The translations under genes were made by a program, and so were the position numbers. Shown here in pieces: positions 1 to 7,498 of a DNA stretch of 22,961 bases. Where the stretch lies: positions 1-22,961 of the IMG/VR virus record IMGVR_UViG_3300028026_000005; one strand, 5' to 3'. Position 1 is the first letter of the stretch, and every line of letters starts with the position of its first letter. Below the pieces are notes generated by a model. That model searched no databases, was not told the origin of the DNA, and was given only the letters and a program-made list of their open reading frames with translations. The DNA is from a virus.

Positions 1-1
1 A

Positions 2-634
2 CTTGCTATCTTTCATGAGGTATCGAGAGATAACGATCTTGTTAGGTCTGCGTTAGAGTTCCGAGAGGATAAGATTGCGCGGAAATTAATTGCGTGGGCA
101 AACGATGTAGAATTTATCCCGAGTCCAACGATGAGTGATGCTGAAGTTGACAAACTTAACATCATGCTAATTCAAAGTTCAATCGAGAGCAATTCAGCGC
201 AACTGTCTGAGATTGCTATCGAATCGGCGTATTTCGGTCTTGGTGTAATAGAAATTCAACCAACCCACCTTAAAGGATTTGAACTTATAACCCAGCCATT
301 GACTGTGCACCACGTTAAAATGTGGGGAGCATTGGTTTCGTGCGACGTGAGTCAGCGATATTACATGAAAAAGACCTTTAGCCCTACTAGCGGGTATCTA
401 TCTGTTGAAGTTAGTGATCGGTACAGGCTTGCACCTAAGGTAATTAAGGCAATAGAGGCTAAGAAACCTAAACTGATAGCCAAACATATTTTAGGTGTTC
501 CATCGTTTTCAAATATATCGAGAAGACTTGTCGAACGTGAGGTTAAGCGAATAACAGATGAATTCATGGCGTTTCTTCAGGTTTTCGCAACGACTGGTAG
601 GCTTTATGTTGATCCCATAAAGTTAGTCTTGTAA
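2..634 (+). CDS. Hypothetical protein, 5'-truncated by the window edge
   Basis: The frame of ORF 131..634 stays open back to base 2 (LAIFHEVSRDNDLVRSALEF...), so the true start is probably upstream. Ends at TAA 632-634. Confidence 0.75.
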   Translation, partial: LAIFHEVSRDNDLVRSALEFREDKIARKLIAWANDVEFIPSPTMSDAEVDKLNIMLIQSSIESNSAQLSEIAIESAYFGLGVIEIQPTHLKGFELITQPLTVHHVKMWGALVSCDVSQRYYMKKTFSPTSGYLSVEVSDRYRLAPKVIKAIEAKKPKLIAKHILGVPSFSNISRRLVEREVKRITDEFMAFLQVFATTGRLYVDPIKLVL

Positions 635-658
635 CGGAATTTGCACTCCTTTCTATCA

Positions 659-684
659 GGGGGGAGCGTATAGCTGCTCCCCCC
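659..684 (+). terminator. GC-rich hairpin after a gene (terminator or RNA-stability hairpin)
   Basis: GGGGGGAGC (659-667) pairs with GCTCCCCCC (676-684), a 9-bp stem. The U-tail is poor. Confidence 0.55.
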
Positions 685-688
685 AATC

Positions 689-716
689 TTGACTTTAGGT
701 TAAACATTGTTAAGAT
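689..716 (+). promoter_or_regulatory. Sigma70-like promoter with extended -10, overlapped by a palindrome
   Basis: TTGACT (689-694), 16-nt spacer ending TGT, then TAAGAT (711-716). The inverted repeat ATTGTTAA-gata-TTAACAAT (706-725) overlaps the -10 and predicted +1. Confidence 0.6.
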
Positions 717-724
717 ATTAACAA

Positions 725-870
725 TCTTGTGCGCCTATGTGCAGTCGTGTCTATACGACGTTCAAGGGGTAGCCCCTTGGTGAAGTCCTTGGCAGCGCCA
801 AAGCGCTGCCAAAGCGGCGAGCGGAACATCTGGCGGCGCTATTAGCGTTCATGCACATGGGCTCACAAGA
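725..870 (+). ncRNA. Unassigned highly structured RNA (~146 nt)
   Basis: Closing stem 725-731/864-870 plus 733-743/852-862. Internal hairpins at 744-759, 764-778, 789-812 (perfect 10 bp) and 836-848; GTTC 760-763 pairs with GAAC 824-827. It begins right at the predicted transcription start. Confidence 0.65.
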
Positions 871-900
871 GCTTAACAATGGAACATAATGGAGGCAAAA

Positions 901-1269
901 ATGACCGACAATTATTTATTTCCCTTGAGGCTTGTGCGCAGACTTCGAAGATACCTAAAGGGTTCGCATCAAAAAGCAAATAAAGAAGCTGTGTTAACGC
1001 GAGAAAATGATACGATGGTATTAGCCAACGCTTGCGTAGACGGAATTGGCATAGCGGTTACGATTATGGAGGCTTACATTGCTGGGCACCTAGGGGACGA
1101 ATCAAAATCTCCTAGAGAGCACCTTCTCGAAACATTGGAAATACTAAAATTGCACCGAGAAGATCTGTTGCAACACTCAGAGGACAAGAAAAGATATGAA
1201 GCTTTAGCAAGCGGGTTAGCTTGGGCAATTGATTTGTCGAAATTTTTTGCTTGGAAGGGGTCATCATAG
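901..1269 (+). CDS. Hypothetical protein
   Basis: GGAGG at 891-895 precedes ATG 901 (the ORF track starts at 889). Helical-looking 122 aa. Confidence 0.75.
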   Translation: MTDNYLFPLRLVRRLRRYLKGSHQKANKEAVLTRENDTMVLANACVDGIGIAVTIMEAYIAGHLGDESKSPREHLLETLEILKLHREDLLQHSEDKKRYEALASGLAWAIDLSKFFAWKGSS

Positions 1270-1505
1270 GCATAGTAAAAAAACATAACGATATGACCCA
1301 GGCGCGTAAAATAGATGAACTTTTAGCAGAAAGCGTAGCCTTGCTAGGGAAAGTGAAGGCTAATCTTGTTAAGATTAAGGCTGTTGCTTCTCAGAAGGTT
1401 AGGCTAGGTGTTCATTCTAATATTGTATGGGCATATCGTATAATTACAGGCATCAAGATAAGCAAGGAATGTATCCGCGAGCTTGAATCATTTGACAGCA
1501 AATAG
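1251..1505 (+). CDS. Hypothetical protein (start uncertain)
   Basis: Fills the gap between neighbours on the coding strand; no clear RBS. Confidence 0.5.
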   Translation: MEGVIIGIVKKHNDMTQARKIDELLAESVALLGKVKANLVKIKAVASQKVRLGVHSNIVWAYRIITGIKISKECIRELESFDSK

Positions 1506-1549
1506 CTCTGCAGGGATAAGTGGCGTTCCTTCTTTAAGGAGAAAAGTAA

Positions 1550-1825
1550 ATGCGGGTTTTTTTGTATAGCAGCGGTAAAAAAAATCCACCAGAGATTTTC
1601 AGGGACACTGCACAATTAATAGAGGCTTTGGAGGGCGATCTTATGGCTATGACAGACGAACTTGACCTGACTGAGGGTGACATTGTTACTGTTTGCGTAA
1701 ACGGTGACGTTACTCTTAAAATAGAAGTAGGAGATATGAACGAAGAGGAAATTTCCGGTCTTCCGAACATAAATCATGGAAGAAATCTTGAACCTACAAA
1801 AAACAGGTTTGAAAGTGAGGAGTAG
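1550..1825 (+). CDS. Hypothetical acidic protein
   Basis: AAGGAG RBS upstream of ATG 1550. Confidence 0.7.
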   Translation: MRVFLYSSGKKNPPEIFRDTAQLIEALEGDLMAMTDELDLTEGDIVTVCVNGDVTLKIEVGDMNEEEISGLPNINHGRNLEPTKNRFESEE

Positions 1826-2102
1826 TTTGGGCTTGCAAAAAAAAAGAAAACAAGCAAGGAGTTATAAGAAAATAGATAAATTCATTTGGGCCATCATAGC
1901 TTGGCTCTTACTGTTGGTATTGATTATGTTCTTTGGCAAAGATTTTGCCGTCGGAAGTTTGCAGCTAGATATTATAGCTACCGTTCTGGCAGGGTTGACA
2001 ATGCTGGTTGTAACTGTATTATGTATTGTTTTCATTGTGGCTATGCTTAATGGGAAATTAAAACTTAGGGTTAGCAAGAGAAGAAAGAAACCATCCTCTT
2101 AA
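1776..2102 (+). CDS. Membrane protein with two TM helices
   Basis: Hydrophobic segments FIWAIIAWLLLLVLIMFF and IIATVLAGLTMLVVTVLCIVFIVAML, flanked by basic termini. Confidence 0.7.
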   Translation: MEEILNLQKTGLKVRSSLGLQKKRKQARSYKKIDKFIWAIIAWLLLLVLIMFFGKDFAVGSLQLDIIATVLAGLTMLVVTVLCIVFIVAMLNGKLKLRVSKRRKKPSS

Positions 2103-2108
2103 CGCATC

Positions 2109-2132
2109 GAGCGGGCGCTATGTCGCCCGCTC
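2109..2132 (+). terminator. GC-rich hairpin
   Basis: GAGCGGGCG pairs with CGCCCGCTC (9 bp) immediately after the stop at 2102. Confidence 0.6.
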
Positions 2133-2137
2133 TAGTC

Positions 2138-2165
2138 TTGTTTCGACATTTTTTTTTGACATACT
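2138..2165 (+). promoter_or_regulatory. Putative promoter for a leaderless mRNA
   Basis: TTGTTT, 16-nt spacer ending TGA, then CATACT. ATG 2172 follows after 6 nt and has no SD. Confidence 0.35.
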
Positions 2166-2171
2166 TAAGAT

Positions 2172-2816
2172 ATGAAAGCAAATCGTTGGACTAAATTCTG
2201 GATGGGCGGACTTTCAGGGATGCTTGCAGGCATATTGTTAACAATGATGATAGTGTTGGGAATCAAGGGTTGTCAGAAAAAATCAACATTGCAATGGACA
2301 AAGACTATCCCAACAATTGTTCCTGCTGATTCTAAGCTGAGAGAAAATGGGGAAACCAGTAAATGGATTTCAGCTAAACCTGTAAGAGATACGATATTTG
2401 AGGAAGGCACAATTATATATGACACGTTACACTACGGTATAACATCCATTAATATAGCGCCATCCCTTGCAGGTGTGTTTTTCAAACGCCCGTCTGGAAA
2501 ATTAGTTTGGAAAGAATTCGCGCTACCTCCAGATTTGAATTATGAGATACAGGTTTACTTTCAGGACACTGTTCCCGATATTAAATTCAGAAGATTAGCT
2601 GGGGTATCATCTAAGGAAACAATATTAGAATTAGAATTAGGTGGTTTGATTAATCCAACCGCCGACACTTTGTCTCACATTAATTATAGCATCTTTTTAG
2701 GTCTAAACTGGAAGGTGTTTTCGTGGTTGACCGTTACGCCGATAAAAGTATCTTATGACGGGTCGTTAATGTGCTCGACTGAGATGAGCTTGCACATTCC
2801 TGTTTTGAGAAAATGA
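2172..2816 (+). CDS. Membrane-anchored or exported protein with C-terminal amphipathic beta-strands
   Basis: N-terminal hydrophobic helix ending IKGC, alternating-pattern strands at the C-terminus, and four D-T-[ILV] motifs. Confidence 0.75.
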   Translation: MKANRWTKFWMGGLSGMLAGILLTMMIVLGIKGCQKKSTLQWTKTIPTIVPADSKLRENGETSKWISAKPVRDTIFEEGTIIYDTLHYGITSINIAPSLAGVFFKRPSGKLVWKEFALPPDLNYEIQVYFQDTVPDIKFRRLAGVSSKETILELELGGLINPTADTLSHINYSIFLGLNWKVFSWLTVTPIKVSYDGSLMCSTEMSLHIPVLRK

Positions 2817-2846
2817 ACTTAACCGCTTAACCCTCCCCTGCTTTCT

Positions 2847-2875
2847 GGCGAGCCAATTTAGGCTCGCCTTTTTTT
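2847..2875 (+). terminator. Intrinsic terminator
   Basis: GGCGAGCC-aattta-GGCTCGCC followed by T7. Confidence 0.85.
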
Positions 2876-2902
2876 GAAAAAAGATGTTGTTTGAGGTATA
2901 AA
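2874..2902 (+). promoter_or_regulatory. Sigma70-like promoter
   Basis: TTGAAA, 17-nt spacer, TATAAA; same GGTATAA context as at 10628 and 15920. Confidence 0.5.
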
Positions 2903-2943
2903 ATTTATGTAGAGATCTTACAAACAAAAGAAAGGAGAATAAG

Positions 2944-3327
2944 ATGTCTTACATAAAAAATATCGCAATATCAGTTATGGGTGCCATAATCACGGTGTTT
3001 TTGGTAGCGCTTGTCGTGTTATCTCTCCCCCGTCAAAAGATAGAAGTTGAACACGAACAAGGATTGATGACAACACGTACAGTGTATAAAATCAAAAGTG
3101 GAAGCACCTTTTCTGAAGAAAGACAAGTAGCAGAAATAATTTCAAGGGAAACAAAGATCCCTCGGTGGTTAGGTGGCGGCACGATCCTTAAGGTCACTGC
3201 TGTAGCTATGGACGACACAATCTCTTTAGCAAGTCGAGACTGTAAAGATAAAAATGAAGCAGCTCGCGCCTTGTATGACAATGGGTATATAAACAAAACC
3301 ACCTTCAATGAATTGAGTTCGCTATAA
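2944..3327 (+). CDS. N-terminally membrane-anchored hypothetical protein
   Basis: AAAGGAG RBS; TM segment IAISVMGAIITVFLVALVVLSL. Confidence 0.8.
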   Translation: MSYIKNIAISVMGAIITVFLVALVVLSLPRQKIEVEHEQGLMTTRTVYKIKSGSTFSEERQVAEIISRETKIPRWLGGGTILKVTAVAMDDTISLASRDCKDKNEAARALYDNGYINKTTFNELSSL

Positions 3328-3342
3328 CTTGCAAATTATTAA

Positions 3343-3371
3343 TTAGGGAGGCCTTTCAGTGGCCTCCCTAA
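3343..3371 (+). terminator. Intergenic hairpin
   Basis: TTAGGGAGGCC pairs with GGCCTCCCTAA (11 bp); no U-tail on the + strand. Confidence 0.5.
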
Positions 3372-3385
3372 AGGCATAACAATTT

Positions 3386-4018
3386 ATGGATTTTTTAACG
3401 AGAAAGAACGGTGTAAGCTATACTCTTAAAAGATGTCGCATTTGCGGAAAATTGTTCTATGCTCCTATATCCTCTTTGCGAAGAGCTGCGAAGGCTGGGA
3501 TTACTCCTTCTTGTAAAGAGTGTGGAATAAGAAGTACCGCTAAGCCGGAATTTTCCGAAAGAGAAGATGGTGGAGGACTCTGCATTATCGTCAAACTGCC
3601 CAAGGATCACCCTTTTTATTCTATGACGAGAAAGAGACGAGACTGGGTGAAGAAACATCGTCTTGTAATGGCCACCCATCTTGGAAGACCTCTTAGAGAG
3701 GATGAGTATGTCTTTCACAAGGATGGAAACTATAAAAATAATGAGCTTGATAATTTAGAGTTATTAAGCTTGGCTGAAGCTAGGGCGCAAAATAGGATAG
3801 CTGCGCTTCCAATGGATTCTGTAGTAGAATCTTTTAAGCTTGGCATTTCGATAAAAACCTTAGCGGAAAGACATGGTGTGTGCGAGCGCACTATTAGGAA
3901 TAGGCTAAAAAAAGCGGGTGTCGAAATCCCGCATAAAAAGTTAAGAGGTGAAAAAAATGAGCGAAAAGAACCCGAACCTTGCAAAAGTACTACTGAAAGT
4001 CGAAAGGGCGTTGATTGA
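3386..4018 (+). CDS. Zn-finger + HNH-family domain (apparently degenerate) + HTH protein
   Basis: CRIC...CKEC; HRLVMATHLGRPLREDEYVFHKDGNYKNNELDNLEL (HNH_3-type motif); ISIKTLAERHGVCERTIRNRLKKAGV (HTH). Confidence 0.85.
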   Translation: MDFLTRKNGVSYTLKRCRICGKLFYAPISSLRRAAKAGITPSCKECGIRSTAKPEFSEREDGGGLCIIVKLPKDHPFYSMTRKRRDWVKKHRLVMATHLGRPLREDEYVFHKDGNYKNNELDNLELLSLAEARAQNRIAALPMDSVVESFKLGISIKTLAERHGVCERTIRNRLKKAGVEIPHKKLRGEKNERKEPEPCKSTTESRKGVD

Positions 4019-4265
4019 CGCCAGAGATGTTTTTCAAACAGCTAGTTTAGAAACTATGCTTGATGGACAACAATCAACCTTGGCAACTGAAGTTGCCCCA
4101 GTACTTCTTGAGCTTATCAACGAGCTAGAGAAGCTTGAAGATAAAACATTCAAAGCAACAACGTTGTTAGAGTTGCGTGATATCTTGGCAGACATATCGC
4201 GAGTCCAAAAGGAGCTTACGCATATAACAAGCACTCCTCCATACGACTGTTGTTTTGCTTGTTAG
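3957..4265 (+). CDS. Hypothetical helical protein
   Basis: AGAGGTG RBS before ATG 3957; leucine-rich amphipathic helices; ends CCFAC. Confidence 0.7.
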   Translation: MSEKNPNLAKVLLKVERALIDARDVFQTASLETMLDGQQSTLATEVAPVLLELINELEKLEDKTFKATTLLELRDILADISRVQKELTHITSTPPYDCCFAC

Positions 4266-4310
4266 TAACATTCGCTAATTATTTGCAGCAACCAATTAAG
4301 GAGGTTTGAC

Positions 4311-4667
4311 ATGACTTATCTCGCAAGATACAAGATACAGGATGGTGAGTCGGTCTATTATCAATACCTAACCTTTGGCGCTAAGAATTCCATAGAAGCA
4401 CTGCAGATTGCAGAAACGTATCGCTTAAGATTCTGGGAAGATTCTGAGTTTGACGACCCTATTGTTGGAACACCAAAAGACCCTCGACTAGAAATGGATA
4501 GGTATTGGGACTCAACTATGACGAGACTTGTAAGTGTTGTTGATGTTCAGGAGCTTAGTGAAGACGAAGCGACGTTCTTAGAGAAGATTTCGGCAAAGAC
4601 AATGATTGCCCCGAGCATAAACGGTGCTGTGCCATGGTGTCTAGCTAAAATGACGAGCTTGGCATGA
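4311..4667 (+). CDS. Hypothetical protein
   Basis: AAGGAGG RBS; ATGA overlap with the next gene. Confidence 0.8.
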   Translation: MTYLARYKIQDGESVYYQYLTFGAKNSIEALQIAETYRLRFWEDSEFDDPIVGTPKDPRLEMDRYWDSTMTRLVSVVDVQELSEDEATFLEKISAKTMIAPSINGAVPWCLAKMTSLA

Positions 4668-4981
4668 ACGCTATTTGTGCTTGCATAATAAAGTCTGTGT
4701 ATGAGATAAAGGTTACTTTCTCTAACGGCAAAAAATATGTCTATTGGGTAGAGTTGCCAAACAGCCAAGCCGCAAAGGCATTAGTGCTTGCAATCTCACG
4801 AGGGGCTTGCGTTTTCGCTGCGCATAAGCTGTTTCTTGCACAGAAGTACTTTGAAGGATTCCTTGAAAGAAAGGGCGTAGCGACAACGAGACTGCTTCGA
4901 GGTGAAGCCATTTCTTTCATCAAAGGCCGCTCAAACGAGTGTGAATTCATAACAACAGAAGCAGAAAAGGAGACTGGCTAG
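4664..4981 (+). CDS. Hypothetical protein
   Basis: Coupled to neighbours on both sides (ATGA; TAGTG). Confidence 0.65.
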   Translation: MNAICACIIKSVYEIKVTFSNGKKYVYWVELPNSQAAKALVLAISRGACVFAAHKLFLAQKYFEGFLERKGVATTRLLRGEAISFIKGRSNECEFITTEAEKETG

Positions 4982-5940
4982 TGGCAAGTAACTATGATGT
5001 AGTTAAAGCTTTTGTTGACTACGACTTTTCAGACGGTCGCAACTTGAGAAGGTGTGGTCCTAAAAAGACCCCAAGGGGGGCGTTGTCATGGGACGTTGAA
5101 TCTCGTTCACCCGATAGCAATGACCGGTTGGCTGCCTCCCTTTATAGTTACAGCACAAGGATTGCCGTAAAATTTCAAGGTCGAGAAGGTAAGTTAGATT
5201 ACTATCTATCAAATTCGGATTGGTACTCAATTACAACATCGAGCCATCAATCTACAGCCAATAGCGCAATACGACAAGCAGTTGGAGAATTTCCCAACTT
5301 TTCATTCTCGGCATTGAAAGGGGGGTTATCCCCTTTTGATCTTCGCATCTTGGCTTTTACAAGATATGGCAGACTGTTTGAAAACGATCTAAGCGTTCCT
5401 TCTCGCGTGCTTGGAGTTCAACCTGGAATATTGTTTAGAAAACGTAAGCGACACCTACCGCTAGATAACGTTAAAGCCACCCTTGGCATCCGTAAATATG
5501 GAGGGCGGTATACCCCATTGATAATACTAGGAAAGGAAACGCATTGGTTACCTTTTTGGGTATCAGACATAGATGCCGCATGGGAAGCGTTATGTCCATC
5601 TGAATGGGTTGAAGATTTGGACAACCTTATTCGCTATGGGGATTTCTGGGTGAAAAAGGCTACTGATTCTCAACTAGCAAATATTAAGAAAATGTCAAAT
5701 GAGAGGATTAAAAAGTGGTATTCTATAGCTGAAGACAATCACCACGGCTGGCCATTAAGACATACCGGCGGGAAAGTAGTCGCGGCAAGAGCAATTCGGC
5801 AAGATGTACGTACTTTTTTTGTAAAAGGCAGCCTCAGGGATTACGCTAAAGGCAACTTATCGTTGCCAGAATGGCATGTAATTAAACCATCTCGACAGTA
5901 TGATCCACCATGGTGGAAAGCATTTTTGCGCCCAATGTGA
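4981..5940 (+). CDS. Phage-type hypothetical protein
   Basis: AAGGAG RBS, GTG start, 319 aa. The motifs LYSYSTRIA and YSITTSSHQS resemble uncharacterised phage proteins (recollection, unverified). Confidence 0.8.
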   Translation: MASNYDVVKAFVDYDFSDGRNLRRCGPKKTPRGALSWDVESRSPDSNDRLAASLYSYSTRIAVKFQGREGKLDYYLSNSDWYSITTSSHQSTANSAIRQAVGEFPNFSFSALKGGLSPFDLRILAFTRYGRLFENDLSVPSRVLGVQPGILFRKRKRHLPLDNVKATLGIRKYGGRYTPLIILGKETHWLPFWVSDIDAAWEALCPSEWVEDLDNLIRYGDFWVKKATDSQLANIKKMSNERIKKWYSIAEDNHHGWPLRHTGGKVVAARAIRQDVRTFFVKGSLRDYAKGNLSLPEWHVIKPSRQYDPPWWKAFLRPM

Positions 5941-5992
5941 TAGTCCATGCTGAAATGGCGAAAAAACGGTGACTTGAAAACTAAGGAGTAAC

Positions 5993-6334
5993 ATGACTTT
6001 CGAAGAGTATCATGAGAGAGCAGAACAAACAGCCAATTACCCCGAAAAGTTCTCTGGCAGTATGATAGCGCTAGCTTACGTAGCTCTTGGGTTAACTGGT
6101 GAAGCTGGTGAATTCTCTAATAAAATTAAAAAGATTATTCGCGACAACAATATGCAGATAACCGAAGACTTAAAAAAATCTTTAATTGGAGAGCTAGGAG
6201 ATTGTTTATGGTATCTGTCCGCTGCTGCTAAAGAATTAGACGTTTCTCTTGAAGATGTAGCGGTTGCGAACCTAGAAAAACTGGAAAGCCGTAAGCGCAG
6301 AAATAAATTAGGAGGATCAGGTGACAACAGGTAA
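5993..6334 (+). CDS. mazG: MazG-like nucleoside triphosphate pyrophosphohydrolase (single domain)
   Basis: ALGLTGEAGEFSNKIKK...ELGDCLWYLSAAAKELDVSLEDVAVANLEKLESR, containing ExxE and ExxD metal motifs. Confidence 0.9.
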   Translation: MTFEEYHERAEQTANYPEKFSGSMIALAYVALGLTGEAGEFSNKIKKIIRDNNMQITEDLKKSLIGELGDCLWYLSAAAKELDVSLEDVAVANLEKLESRKRRNKLGGSGDNR

Positions 6335-6716
6335 ACATGAAAACAGAGCCGGTGTCGTTTTCGAGATAAAATGTTGTCAACACGAACCTGCTGCAACAGT
6401 AGTTATGATAAGACAAGACAAAGAAAACTTGCCTGCCGAGAAGTATGAAGGAGTATGCCCTAAGTGCGGGTCTTTGTTTGAAATGTCATTTCCGAAGATT
6501 TCTCCTTATGTTGAGGGTGATACTGAAAGGACTTTACCTCCTAATGGAGTACAGTCTTGCTCAGAATGCGGCAAGCCAACCTATCCTGGGTCAGGGCGTT
6601 TCGTCAACAGGGTTCCTGACTTTAACGACGCAAAGACAAAAGAGAATATGGGGAGACCATTCCCTCATGGCAATTTTATTTGCGCTGAATGTGACGACAA
6701 GAGCTCTTGCCATTAA
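6321..6716 (+). CDS. Zinc-ribbon protein
   Basis: GGAGG RBS before GTG; CPKC, CSEC and CAEC motifs plus GSGRFVNRVPD. Confidence 0.75.
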   Translation: MTTGKHENRAGVVFEIKCCQHEPAATVVMIRQDKENLPAEKYEGVCPKCGSLFEMSFPKISPYVEGDTERTLPPNGVQSCSECGKPTYPGSGRFVNRVPDFNDAKTKENMGRPFPHGNFICAECDDKSSCH

Positions 6717-6725
6717 ATATATAAA

Positions 6726-6754
6726 AGGGTGCCCTTACTTAGGTTGGGCACCCT
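6726..6754 (+). terminator. Intergenic hairpin
   Basis: AGGGTGCCC pairs with GGGCACCCT (9 bp). Confidence 0.5.
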
Positions 6755-6770
6755 GCTTACGGAGTAGATA

Positions 6771-7079
6771 ATGAGCCAACGTAACGAAGGGCTTTCCTTA
6801 CCACCGGGTTATACCTGGCGGTTATTCTCTCGAAAAAACAAAGGTGTTTTTTTAGCAAAACAAGGCCGTTATAAACTTTGTTGCAAAATTGTTTCTACTG
6901 ACTCAAGAGGCAGGTACAGGTTTAGCTCTGAAAAGGATGCCGAGCAATTTCTCGACAATGTTGCATTTAACGCTTGCTGGTCGACTTTCCAGCGCAAACG
7001 CTGTGTTGTTGAAAAACTGCATAGCAAGCGTAATACTAAAATAGGCTGTTTTGCGATTCGATTAACTTTCGAAAATTAA
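6771..7079 (+). CDS. Basic hypothetical protein, paralogue of 10315..10590
   Basis: GGAG RBS; shares motifs LPxxYxW, GV[FY]L, RCxxExL and GxxxIRL with 10315..10590. Confidence 0.75.
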   Translation: MSQRNEGLSLPPGYTWRLFSRKNKGVFLAKQGRYKLCCKIVSTDSRGRYRFSSEKDAEQFLDNVAFNACWSTFQRKRCVVEKLHSKRNTKIGCFAIRLTFEN

Positions 7080-7099
7080 ATCAGATAAAGGAGACGTCA

Positions 7100-7498
7100 A
7101 TGACAATGGCAACTTTATTGAAAAATCTTGAAAAAGTAAAAACATGCATCCTATCTTTTTCAAAAAAAAGAGACGAGATACATCTAAATCAATTAAGGGA
7201 AGCAGCTAAACATATTTACGCAGACATAGAATCCAGCAATCTTCCTGAACAGATAGGGATTCTGGTTAATATAGCGCTTACTCTGACCAAGTTGCAAGAA
7301 TTAGATGACAGCAAGCTAGACAGCTTAGTTGAAGTTATAGATAAAACAATATACTCGACAATGGAATTTTCGGTTGAGGAAGCTACAGACATACTGTCTG
7401 ATGGAGGCTGGGATATGGGAGAGATAGGGTTACGTGCATTAGTCGCAATATACACAACAAGAGGAGGTAAAAATGAAGACGGTGAAGCCAAGCGTTAA
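7100..7498 (+). CDS. Hypothetical helical protein
   Basis: AAAGGAG RBS. Confidence 0.75.
   Translation: MTMATLLKNLEKVKTCILSFSKKRDEIHLNQLREAAKHIYADIESSNLPEQIGILVNIALTLTKLQELDDSKLDSLVEVIDKTIYSTMEFSVEEATDILSDGGWDMGEIGLRALVAIYTTRGGKNEDGEAKR

Noticed and set aside
729-790. Group II intron 5' end (GTGCG...)
   Set aside because: No domain V/VI or RT ORF is seen, and GTGCG is part of the local closing stem.
6520-6716. Ribosomal protein eL24/TRASH-like motif (CSECGKPTYPGSG)
   Set aside because: The similarity is limited to a short Zn-knuckle; the downstream pattern does not fit.
6445-6771. Alternate-frame + ORF of 108 aa
   Set aside because: It overlaps the Zn-ribbon gene and runs through an intergenic hairpin.
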